Positions 55,884-63,494 of a stretch of 64,000 nucleotides of DNA are shown here, piece after piece (the stretch's first letter is position 1; the number at the start of each line of letters is the position of its first letter). The position numbers and the translations under genes are program-made. Below the pieces are notes generated by a model. The model worked only from the letters and a program-made list of their open reading frames with translations. It had not been told where the DNA came from and ran no database searches. Source of the DNA: Candidatus Tidjanibacter faecipullorum (GTDB taxonomy: Bacteria; Bacteroidota; Bacteroidia; Bacteroidales; Rikenellaceae); contig DXCC01000004.1 of NCBI GenBank assembly GCA_019116245.1, positions 152,950-216,949 of the forward strand, written 5' to 3'.

Positions 55884-55993
55884 TAATTTAAAACCGGAAT
55901 CGAGATGCGAGCACAGCATCCCCCGCTACGCGGTCCGTTGCGGCATGTCTCGTTCCGAAAGCATACATTACCCCCAAAAACGAACAGAACACC

Positions 55994-57838
55994 ATGTGCG
56001 GAATCGTCGGATACATTGGCAAACAGGACGCCTATCCCATTCTGATAAAAGGACTTCACCGGCTCGAATACCGGGGCTACGACAGCGCCGGCGTGGCGCT
56101 CATCAGCGCGGACGGCAAGTTGAACGTCTATAAAACCAAAGGCAAGGTGGCCGAACTGGAACGGTTTGCGGCCGACAAGGACACCTCGGGCACCATCGGC
56201 ATCGCCCACACCCGCTGGGCCACCCACGGCGAACCGAATGACGTGAATGCCCACCCGCACTACTCCCAGAACGGCCGCATCGCCCTGATCCACAACGGCA
56301 TCATCGAAAACTACGGTGTACTGAAACAGATGCTGATCGGCAAGGGATACACGTTCCGCAGCGAAACCGACACCGAGGTACTCGTGCAGTTCATCGACTA
56401 CCTGCGCACGACGAACAACTGCTCGCTCTTCGAGGCGGTACAGGCCGCGCTGAACCAGGTGATCGGCGCCTACGCCATCGCCGTACTGGATCGCGACAAC
56501 AAGGACGAAATCATCGCTGCCCGCAAGAGCAGCCCGCTGGTAATCGGCATCGGCGACGGCGAATACTTCCTCGCCTCGGACGCCACCCCGATTGCCGAAT
56601 ACGTCAAGGATGTGGTTTACCTGAACGACGGCGAAATCGCCATCATCAACCGCAACAAACCCTTCCGCATCGTCAACCTCAACAACATCGAATCGAAGAT
56701 CGACATCTGCAAACTGGAGATGAACATTTCCGAGCTGGAGAAGGGCGGCTATCCGCACTTCATGCTGAAGGAGATCTTCGAACAGCCGCGCACGATCACC
56801 GACTGTATCCGCGGCCGCATCAACGTCGAGGGAACGGATGTCATCCTCTCCGGCATTCTCGACCACAAGGAGCGGTTCCTGAACGCCCGCCGCATCATCT
56901 GCGTGGCGTGCGGCACCTCGTGGCACGCCGGCATGATCGGCGAATACCTCTTCGAGGATCTCTGCGGCATCGAGGTAAAGGTGGAGTACGCTTCGGAATT
57001 CCGCTACCGCAACCCCGTCGTCCATCCGGACGACATCGTGCTGGCCATCTCCCAGTCGGGTGAAACGGCCGACACGCTGGCTGCCGTCGAACTGGCCAAG
57101 TCGAGGGGGGCCTTCATCTACGGCATCTGCAACGTGGTGGGTTCGTCGATTGCCCGCGCCACCGATTCGGGTACCTACATCCACGTCGGCCCCGAGATCG
57201 GCGTCGCCTCCACCAAGGCCTTCACGGGCCAGGTGACCGTACTGGTCATGATGGCCATGATGATCGCCCGGCTCAAAGGGCGCATCGACACGGAGCGCTA
57301 CGAAAGCGTGCTGCGCGGCCTGCTCGCCATGCCGGAGAAGATCAAGGAGATTCTGTCCCAGGCCGACCGCATCAAGGAGGTGGCCGCCATCTATACCTAC
57401 GCCCGCAACTTCCTCTACCTGGGCCGCGGATGCAACTATCCGACCGCCATGGAGGGTGCCCTGAAGCTGAAGGAGATCTCCTACATCCATGCCGAGGGCT
57501 GCCCGGCCGCCGAAATGAAACACGGCACGATCGCCCTGATCGACCACGAAATGCCGACCGTCGTGATCGCCACCAACGGCAGCATCTACGAGAAGACGAT
57601 CAGCAACATCCAGGAGATCAAGGCCCGCGGCGGCAAGGTGATCGCCGTGGTGACCGAGGGCGACACGATCGTCTCCCACATGGCCGACCACTGCATCTGG
57701 GTTCCGGAGACGGACGAGTACCTCACCCCGCTGCTTTCCTCCATCCCGCTGCAGCTGTTCGCCTACTACATCGCCGTGAACAAGGGCCGCGACGTGGACC
57801 AGCCGCGCAACCTGGCCAAATCGGTAACGGTAGAATAA
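55994..57838 (+). CDS. glmS: Glutamine--fructose-6-phosphate aminotransferase
   Basis: MCGIVGYIG N-terminal nucleophile, two SIS domains, and a C-terminus ending ...LAKSVTVE. Confidence 0.97.
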   Translation: MCGIVGYIGKQDAYPILIKGLHRLEYRGYDSAGVALISADGKLNVYKTKGKVAELERFAADKDTSGTIGIAHTRWATHGEPNDVNAHPHYSQNGRIALIHNGIIENYGVLKQMLIGKGYTFRSETDTEVLVQFIDYLRTTNNCSLFEAVQAALNQVIGAYAIAVLDRDNKDEIIAARKSSPLVIGIGDGEYFLASDATPIAEYVKDVVYLNDGEIAIINRNKPFRIVNLNNIESKIDICKLEMNISELEKGGYPHFMLKEIFEQPRTITDCIRGRINVEGTDVILSGILDHKERFLNARRIICVACGTSWHAGMIGEYLFEDLCGIEVKVEYASEFRYRNPVVHPDDIVLAISQSGETADTLAAVELAKSRGAFIYGICNVVGSSIARATDSGTYIHVGPEIGVASTKAFTGQVTVLVMMAMMIARLKGRIDTERYESVLRGLLAMPEKIKEILSQADRIKEVAAIYTYARNFLYLGRGCNYPTAMEGALKLKEISYIHAEGCPAAEMKHGTIALIDHEMPTVVIATNGSIYEKTISNIQEIKARGGKVIAVVTEGDTIVSHMADHCIWVPETDEYLTPLLSSIPLQLFAYYIAVNKGRDVDQPRNLAKSVTVE

Positions 57839-57884
57839 CCCTACGCGCCGCCCGCCGCGTTCCTGCGGGCACCCGAACGACATC

Positions 57885-59078
57885 ATGGCAGAACAAACGA
57901 CCATACCCCCGCACGAAACCGCCGCACTCGTCGCCGTCGTACGCGACCGGCAGGAGATGCGCCAGTGCGAGGAGTACCTCGACGAACTGGCCTTCCTGGC
58001 CGAAACGGCGGGTATCGTCACGATCAAACGCTTCATCCAGCGCCTCCCCGCGCCCAGCGCACGTACCTACGTGGGGCCCGGCAAACTGGAGGAGATCGCC
58101 GCATGGGCCGAGGAGAACAATGTCGATGTCGTCATCTTCGACGACGAGCTCTCCCCCTCCCAGACGCGCAACATCGAGAAGGCGCTCGGTCGGCGCATCA
58201 CCGACCGCACGCGTCTGATCCTCGACATCTTCGTCCAGCGCGCCCAGACGGCCTACGCCAAGACGCAGGTGCAGCTGGCCCAGTACGAATACATGCTGCC
58301 CCGGCTGACGGGTCTGTGGACCCACCTCGAACGGCAGCGAGGCGGTACGGGCACCCGCGGCGGAGCCGGTGAGCGCGAGATCGAGACCGACCGCCGCGTC
58401 ATCCGCAACAACATCGCCAAACTGAAGGAGGACCTCAAGAAAATCGACCGCCAGATGGCCGTCCAGCGCGGCAACCGCGGCAGTCTGGTGCGCGTATCGC
58501 TGGTGGGCTACACGAACGTGGGCAAATCGACCCTGATGAACCTCATCAGCAAGAGCGACGTCTTCGCCGAAAACAAACTCTTCGCCACGCTCGACACGAC
58601 GGTGCGCAAGGTGGTCTTCGACAACCTGCCCTTCCTGCTCTCGGACACGGTCGGTTTCATCCGCAAGCTGCCCACGCAGCTGGTCGAGTCGTTCAAGTCG
58701 ACTCTCGACGAGGTGCGCGAAGCCGACCTGCTGCTGCACGTGGTGGACATCTCGCACCCCAACTTCGAGGAACAGATCGCCGTGGTAAACGAAACCCTGC
58801 GTGACATCGGCGCGGGCGACAAACCCGTCTTCATGGTCTTCAACAAGGTGGATGCCTTTACCTACACCCCCAAGGAGGAGGATGACCTGACCCCCGCCAC
58901 GCGCGAGAACCTCTCCCTGGAGGAGATCAAGAAGAGCTGGATGGCCAAGGGCGACGTGCCCTGCATCTTCATTTCGGCCCGCGAGCGGATCAACATCGAC
59001 AAGTTCCGCGCCGATCTCTACAGCATGGTGCGCGAAATCCACGCCGGCCGCTATCCGTTCAACAACTTTTTGTATTAA
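57885..59078 (+). CDS. hflX: GTPase HflX
   Basis: LVGYTNVGKSTLMN G1 motif, DTVGF, NKVD, and an HflX N-terminal domain. Confidence 0.92.
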   Translation: MAEQTTIPPHETAALVAVVRDRQEMRQCEEYLDELAFLAETAGIVTIKRFIQRLPAPSARTYVGPGKLEEIAAWAEENNVDVVIFDDELSPSQTRNIEKALGRRITDRTRLILDIFVQRAQTAYAKTQVQLAQYEYMLPRLTGLWTHLERQRGGTGTRGGAGEREIETDRRVIRNNIAKLKEDLKKIDRQMAVQRGNRGSLVRVSLVGYTNVGKSTLMNLISKSDVFAENKLFATLDTTVRKVVFDNLPFLLSDTVGFIRKLPTQLVESFKSTLDEVREADLLLHVVDISHPNFEEQIAVVNETLRDIGAGDKPVFMVFNKVDAFTYTPKEEDDLTPATRENLSLEEIKKSWMAKGDVPCIFISARERINIDKFRADLYSMVREIHAGRYPFNNFLY

Positions 59079-59133
59079 CTTTACGGAAAGGCCCGGCCCC
59101 GTGCCGCGCCCCTTCAACCGAAAAACGCCGCAC

Positions 59134-59802
59134 ATGGTACGCATACTCAACAAGGAGAATACGCTTCTCAACCGTTTCATCGCCGAAATCCGCGACGTCC
59201 GCATCCAGCAGGACCGCATGCGTTTCCGGCGCAACCTCGAACGCATCGGCGAAGTGATGGCCTACGAAATCAGCCGCACGCTCCACTACACGCCGCGTAC
59301 GGTGGAGACGCCGCTGGGAGAAGCCGAAGTCATGCTGCCCGACGAGGAGATCGTGCTGGCCACGATTCTGCGGGCCGGCATCCCCTTCCACCAGGGTTTC
59401 CTCAACTATTTCGACGACGCCTCCTGCTCGTTCGTGTCGGCCTACCGGCGTTACAGCAAGGACAACTCGTTCAACATCCGCGTGGAGTACATCTCCTCGG
59501 GCGAAATCACGGGCAAGACGCTGCTGCTAGTCGATCCGATGCTGGCTACGGGCGCTTCGCTGGTGCTGGCCTACGAGTCGCTGGTCGAGAAGCACGGCCG
59601 CCCCGACAAGCTCCACGTGGCGGTGGGCATCGCCAGCGAGGAGGGCGTGGAGTATGCCAAGAAGCACCTGCCGGCAGCCGGAACCACCATCTGGTGCGGC
59701 GCGGTGGATGCCGAACTGACCGTCCACTCCTACATCGTACCCGGTCTGGGCGATGCGGGCGATCTCGCCTACGGCCCCAAGACGGAGTTTGTCCTGCCGT
59801 AA
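59134..59802 (+). CDS. upp: Uracil phosphoribosyltransferase
   Basis: Trimmed to ATG 59134 (MVRILNKE). PRPP-binding motif LLLVDPMLATGAS and C-terminal YIVPGLGDAGD. Confidence 0.92.
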   Translation: MVRILNKENTLLNRFIAEIRDVRIQQDRMRFRRNLERIGEVMAYEISRTLHYTPRTVETPLGEAEVMLPDEEIVLATILRAGIPFHQGFLNYFDDASCSFVSAYRRYSKDNSFNIRVEYISSGEITGKTLLLVDPMLATGASLVLAYESLVEKHGRPDKLHVAVGIASEEGVEYAKKHLPAAGTTIWCGAVDAELTVHSYIVPGLGDAGDLAYGPKTEFVLP

Positions 59803-59812
59803 CCGCACACCC

Positions 59813-60304
59813 ATGCCGCCGCTCCCCGTCATACGCCCTTCCCGCATCGAGGAACTCGACCGTCTGATGGAGATTCTCGCCCAGGCGGTGCGCTTCATGC
59901 GCAGCCAGGGCAACATGACCCAGTGGGCCGGCAACTACCCCAACCGCGACATCCTGTACGAAGATATCCGGCAGGGCCGTTCGTTCGTTGCCCTGCTCGA
60001 CGATCGGATCGTTGCCACCTTCTGCTTCACGGAGGGGCCGGATCCGACCTACGCCGTCATCGAACAGGGCTCGTGGCTCCATGAAGAACCCTACCACGTC
60101 ATCCACCGCATGGCCTGCATCGAACGGAACCGCGGCATCGCCTCGGCCTGCATGGCCTGGTGTCTGGCACGCGCCCGCCATGTGCGGGTCGATACCCACC
60201 GCGACAACCGCCCCATGCAACAGCTGCTGGCCAAGTTCGGCTTCTCGCCCCGGGGCATCATCCACATCGCCGACGGCTCGGAACGCATCGCCTTCGAACG
60301 GTAA
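59813..60304 (+). CDS. GNAT-family N-acetyltransferase
   Basis: Trimmed to ATG 59813. The acetyl-CoA-binding region RNRGIASACMAWC is typical of small GNAT proteins. Confidence 0.7.
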   Translation: MPPLPVIRPSRIEELDRLMEILAQAVRFMRSQGNMTQWAGNYPNRDILYEDIRQGRSFVALLDDRIVATFCFTEGPDPTYAVIEQGSWLHEEPYHVIHRMACIERNRGIASACMAWCLARARHVRVDTHRDNRPMQQLLAKFGFSPRGIIHIADGSERIAFER

Positions 60305-60322
60305 CCGCCCCATGCCATAAAC

Positions 60323-60360
60323 AAACGCCTGTCGAACAATGGGTTCGACAGGCGTTTTTC
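60323..60360. terminator. Bidirectional rho-independent terminator (GNAT gene / flavoprotein gene)
   Basis: 15-bp stem AAACGCCTGTCGAAC-AATGG-GTTCGACAGGCGTTT, flanked by an A-run and a T-run. Confidence 0.8.
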
Positions 60361-60392
60361 CGATCGGTCACAGCCGGTCCGACAGCGAACCG

Positions 60393-61019
60393 TCACTTCG
60401 GCTGAATGAAATGGGTGCGCATGCGCGGTTCGTACACCGGTTGCTCCACGCCGTTGGCCCGCGCCACCTCGATGCACTTCAGCAACCAGGCCATGTTCTC
60501 GCCGAGCGTACGCATCGTCTGGAGTCCCTCCCGGTCCCGGCGCACATCGTCGGGCGTAAAGCCGTGCACCGAATTCCAATACTGGGACGACACCACGGGC
60601 ATGTTGGCGATGGTGAAGAACTGGTTCAGCTGTTCGAAAGTGGCCGAAGCACCACCCCGGCGGCACGACACCACGGAAGCCCCGAGTTTGCCCGCCAGCT
60701 CGCCCTCCTTGCAGAAGAAGAGGCGCTGGCAGAACGACAGGATCTGGCCCGTCGGACCGCTGTAATAGACCGGCGATCCGAGTACGATGCCGTCGAACTC
60801 GGCCAGCCGGTTCTGAATGTCCCGCACCGCATCGTCGCGGAAGCAGTGGCCCGTCTCGAAACACTTCATGCACGCAATGCACCCGGCCACGGGCTGTTTG
60901 CCGAGATAGAGCAGTTCGGTCCCGATGCCGTGCCGCTGGAGGGTCGTCTCCACCTCGTGGAGCGCCGTATAGGTACAGCCCTGCGGATTGGGGCTGCCGT
61001 TGACAAGCAATACTTTCAT
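60393..61019 (-). CDS. Flavodoxin-fold NAD(P)H-dependent FMN oxidoreductase / iron-sulfur flavoprotein-like
   Basis: MKVLLVNGSPNPQGCTY... plus a compact cysteine motif, GCIACMKCFETGHC. Confidence 0.7.
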   Translation of the reverse strand: MKVLLVNGSPNPQGCTYTALHEVETTLQRHGIGTELLYLGKQPVAGCIACMKCFETGHCFRDDAVRDIQNRLAEFDGIVLGSPVYYSGPTGQILSFCQRLFFCKEGELAGKLGASVVSCRRGGASATFEQLNQFFTIANMPVVSSQYWNSVHGFTPDDVRRDREGLQTMRTLGENMAWLLKCIEVARANGVEQPVYEPRMRTHFIQPK

Positions 61020-61036
61020 GGTAAGGACGCTGTGTT

Positions 61037-61576
61037 TCAGAGTTTGTCAGCCAGTGCGGCCGCCTGCAGGCAACCGTCCGTATTCCGGATCTCACCGGCA
61101 TTCAGCACACCGGGAATCAGTACCTCGCCAACCATCTCCCACTGCAGCAGCCGGGCCGTGCGCTCCATGGGGATCCGGACGCCGTCCATGACGGTCATGT
61201 CGTGCTCCTCGCAGCAGACGATCAGGCCGCACTTCTTGCCCGCATAGGGCTGGCCGCCGACCACCAGCGAGAAGAGCCGGTCGATAACCCCCTTGATCTG
61301 GGCCGGAATCGAGTACCAATAGACCGGCATGGTGAAGATCACCGCATCCGACTCCAGAATGGCCGGTGCGATGAGGTTAAAGTCGTCGTCGAACGAGCAG
61401 GCCTTGCCGGTCCGATAACAGGTCATGCAGGCGTGACAGCCGCCGATCTTCATGAACGCCGCATCGAAACGCCGCACCTCATGGCCCCGCTGCTCGGCTT
61501 CGTGAATGAACGCGTCGGTCATGGCAAAACTGTTGCCCTCGCGACGGGGACTGCCCGTAATAACGGTAATTTTCAT
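61037..61576 (-). CDS. Flavodoxin-fold NAD(P)H-dependent FMN oxidoreductase / iron-sulfur flavoprotein-like (paralog)
   Basis: MKITVITGSPRREGNSF... plus the cysteine motif GCHACMTCYRTGKC. Confidence 0.7.
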   Translation of the reverse strand: MKITVITGSPRREGNSFAMTDAFIHEAEQRGHEVRRFDAAFMKIGGCHACMTCYRTGKACSFDDDFNLIAPAILESDAVIFTMPVYWYSIPAQIKGVIDRLFSLVVGGQPYAGKKCGLIVCCEEHDMTVMDGVRIPMERTARLLQWEMVGEVLIPGVLNAGEIRNTDGCLQAAALADKL

Positions 61577-61591
61577 AGCTGCCTCCTTTCC

Positions 61592-61975
61592 TTATTTGCG
61601 AATGGTATCCGAATTCTGGTTGTAGGCCTTGGCCACGCACTTCCAGGCGCCGTCGATCTTCAGCAACAGCAGGTAGTCGGTGAAATCGATGCGACCGCCC
61701 CACTTCTCCTCCAGCACACGCACGACGGCCACCGTCTCTTCCAGGGCCACGATGTCGATCCGGGCGTCGAATCCGTCTCCGGCACCGACCGTATCCACAT
61801 TGCGATAGAACTGCTCGATGGAACCGTGCTCCAGCTTGCCGTCCAGAAAACCGAACAGCACGGCCTCGTCGATGAACAGTTCCCGGGCATAACGGCTGTC
61901 GCCCTCCGCCACACTTTTGACAAATTTCCGGGCCGCTTCCTCCACGGCGCGGTATTCCGCAATAGATGCTCTCAT
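61592..61975 (-). CDS. NTF2-like (SnoaL/lumazine-binding type) small protein
   Basis: Trimmed to ATG 61975 (MRASIAEYRAVEEAARKFVKSVAEGD...). It ends ...LLLLKIDGAWKCVAKAY, typical of the NTF2 fold. Confidence 0.55.
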   Translation of the reverse strand: MRASIAEYRAVEEAARKFVKSVAEGDSRYARELFIDEAVLFGFLDGKLEHGSIEQFYRNVDTVGAGDGFDARIDIVALEETVAVVRVLEEKWGGRIDFTDYLLLLKIDGAWKCVAKAYNQNSDTIRK

Positions 61976-62101
61976 AAGGCTTTCGTTTTTGATGTTGATT
62001 GACAGGACGAAAATAGACAGTAGCATTGTTCGGAACAAGTACCGTAAAATTATTCGGGTACCGAAAAACTATTCGCCCGCACGAGGGAGGCTTCCTTGCC
62101 G

Positions 62102-62109
62102 TACCTTTG
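62102..62109 (+). promoter_or_regulatory. Bacteroidota-type -7 promoter box (TAnnTTTG)
   Basis: Exact TACCTTTG, 21 nt upstream of the hxlR-type ATG at 62131. Confidence 0.55.
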
Positions 62110-62130
62110 TCGAAGAAAACACATCACACC

Positions 62131-62478
62131 ATGTACGAACGCAAAATCCCCGTCGATCTGGACTGCCCCCTGCGACTGACCATGAGTCTGATCGACTCGA
62201 AATGGAAATCGTGTATCCTGGACGAACTGCGCCACCGGCCGATGCGCCCCAGCGAACTGCACAAGGCCCTGCCGGAAGCCACCCCGCGCGTACTGGACCT
62301 GCAACTCAAGGAGCTGGTGGAGGACGGACTGGTGGACAAAACCATCTACCCCGAACTGCCGCCCCGCTCCGAATATGCCATCACGCCGCTGGGCATGACC
62401 CTGATCCCCATCATCGACGCCATGCTGGAATGGGGCAGCCGCAACAAAGCGCTGTTCGAACGCAAATACGGCAAATAG
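62131..62478 (+). CDS. HxlR-family (MarR-like winged-helix) transcriptional regulator
   Basis: Trimmed to ATG 62131. CPLRLTMSLIDSKWKSCILDEL...PRSEYAITPLG is the HxlR signature. Confidence 0.85.
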   Translation: MYERKIPVDLDCPLRLTMSLIDSKWKSCILDELRHRPMRPSELHKALPEATPRVLDLQLKELVEDGLVDKTIYPELPPRSEYAITPLGMTLIPIIDAMLEWGSRNKALFERKYGK

Positions 62479-62489
62479 CCGCGCCGCCT

Positions 62490-62861
62490 CTACACGGTCC
62501 GATGACCGGCAATCTCCTCAAAGTGCTCCATGGCCCAGCCGACCAGTTCGTTGAGCACGGGGATCAGACTCCGGCCCAGCGCCGTGAGGGAGTACTCCAC
62601 CCGTGGCGGCACCTCGGCATAGAGCGTGCGGCGGATCAATCCATCGGCCTCCAGCCCCTTGAGGGTCTCGGTGAGCACCTTCGGGGAAATGTCCGGAATC
62701 GCCTTGCCGATGGCATTGAAGCGGGTGGTCTCGTTCTCGGACAGGACGCAGAGAATCAGAATCGCCCACTTGCCGGAAAACCGGGCGATGACGTTGCGGA
62801 CCGGACACGTGGCGATACCGGTATATTTTTTCAGATTTTCCTGCAGCGGCAAACGGCTCAT
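62490..62861 (-). CDS. HxlR-family transcriptional regulator (second copy)
   Basis: CPVRNVIARFSGKWAILILCVL...PRVEYSLTALG. The ORF-track start at 62867 is TTG; the first ATG is at 62861. Confidence 0.85.
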   Translation of the reverse strand: MSRLPLQENLKKYTGIATCPVRNVIARFSGKWAILILCVLSENETTRFNAIGKAIPDISPKVLTETLKGLEADGLIRRTLYAEVPPRVEYSLTALGRSLIPVLNELVGWAMEHFEEIAGHRTV

Positions 62862-62879
62862 AGTCAACGATGATTACGT

Positions 62880-62909
62880 TCAGGTAAGTTATTTACAATC
62901 AGGTAACTT
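62880..62909. promoter_or_regulatory. Operator-like repeat TCAGGTAAGTT-N8-TCAGGTAACTT (contains the inverted half-sites AAGTTA/TAACTT)
   Basis: Read directly from the sequence. It lies 19-48 nt upstream of hxlR copy 2, in the divergent region shared with the cupin gene. Confidence 0.35.
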
Positions 62910-62971
62910 CTTGTTTTACAAACAAAAGCGCCCTATATTCACACTATCCAAACGAAAGTTTGTTTTCATTG

Positions 62972-62979
62972 CAAAGTTA
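62972..62979 (-). promoter_or_regulatory. Bacteroidota-type -7 promoter box (TAnnTTTG)
   Basis: Exact TAACTTTG on the minus strand, 110 nt upstream of hxlR copy 2. Confidence 0.35.
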
Positions 62980-63007
62980 AACAACCGCATCAAAAACACA
63001 CCACACC

Positions 63008-63418
63008 ATGAGCGAAATCAACGTACTGAACCGGGGTGCCAAATATGCCCACGCCTCGGTCGGCTCCCTCCAGCAGTTCGAGGGCAAACAGTTTGTCAAG
63101 GAGGCAACCGGTGCCACCTCCTGCGAGATCTCCTTCGGCACGCTCCCCTCGGGCGCATCCGTTCCCTTCTTCCACAGCCACAAGGCCAACGAGGAGAACT
63201 ACGTGATCCTCTCCGGAGCAGGCCGCTTCCAGGTTGACGACGAGGTATTCGACATCGCCGAAGGCTCCGTCATTCGGGTAGCGCCCGGCTGCGACCGCAA
63301 CCTCCGGTGCACCTCCGCCGAACCGATGCTCTACCTCTGCATCCAGGCCAAGGCGAACAGCCTGGAGGGCTACACCATGACCGACGCCGAGGTCACCGAA
63401 CGTCCCAGCCTGCTGTAA
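63008..63418 (+). CDS. Cupin-domain protein
   Basis: 136 aa with FFHSHKANEENYVILSGAGRFQVDDEVFDIAEGSVIRVAPG, carrying both cupin motifs. Confidence 0.75.
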   Translation: MSEINVLNRGAKYAHASVGSLQQFEGKQFVKEATGATSCEISFGTLPSGASVPFFHSHKANEENYVILSGAGRFQVDDEVFDIAEGSVIRVAPGCDRNLRCTSAEPMLYLCIQAKANSLEGYTMTDAEVTERPSLL

Positions 63419-63431
63419 ACAGAAGCCGTAC

Positions 63432-63480
63432 GCCTGCCGTCACCGCCTCCGGGCCGTGCCGGCAGGCTTTTTCTTTTCTT
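63432..63480 (+). terminator. Terminator-like hairpin downstream of the cupin gene
   Basis: 8-bp stem GCCTGCCG/CGGCAGGC with a 20-nt loop, followed by TTTTTCTTTTCTTT. Confidence 0.5.
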
Positions 63481-63494
63481 TCCAACGCTCCGCC

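Noticed and set aside
55884-55993. Whether the glmS leader contains a glmS ribozyme.
   Set aside because: I could not find the conserved ribozyme core or pseudoknot-forming segments by eye. To my knowledge the ribozyme is characteristic of Firmicutes and a few other groups, not Bacteroidota. I kept only the observation of a long leader.
53477-58036. A 1519-codon ORF on the minus strand.
   Set aside because: It is the same artefact as above: codon-register antisense of relA/spoT and glmS (53642, 55994 and 53477 are all 2 mod 3). It has low-complexity composition and no motifs, and the sense genes are unambiguous.
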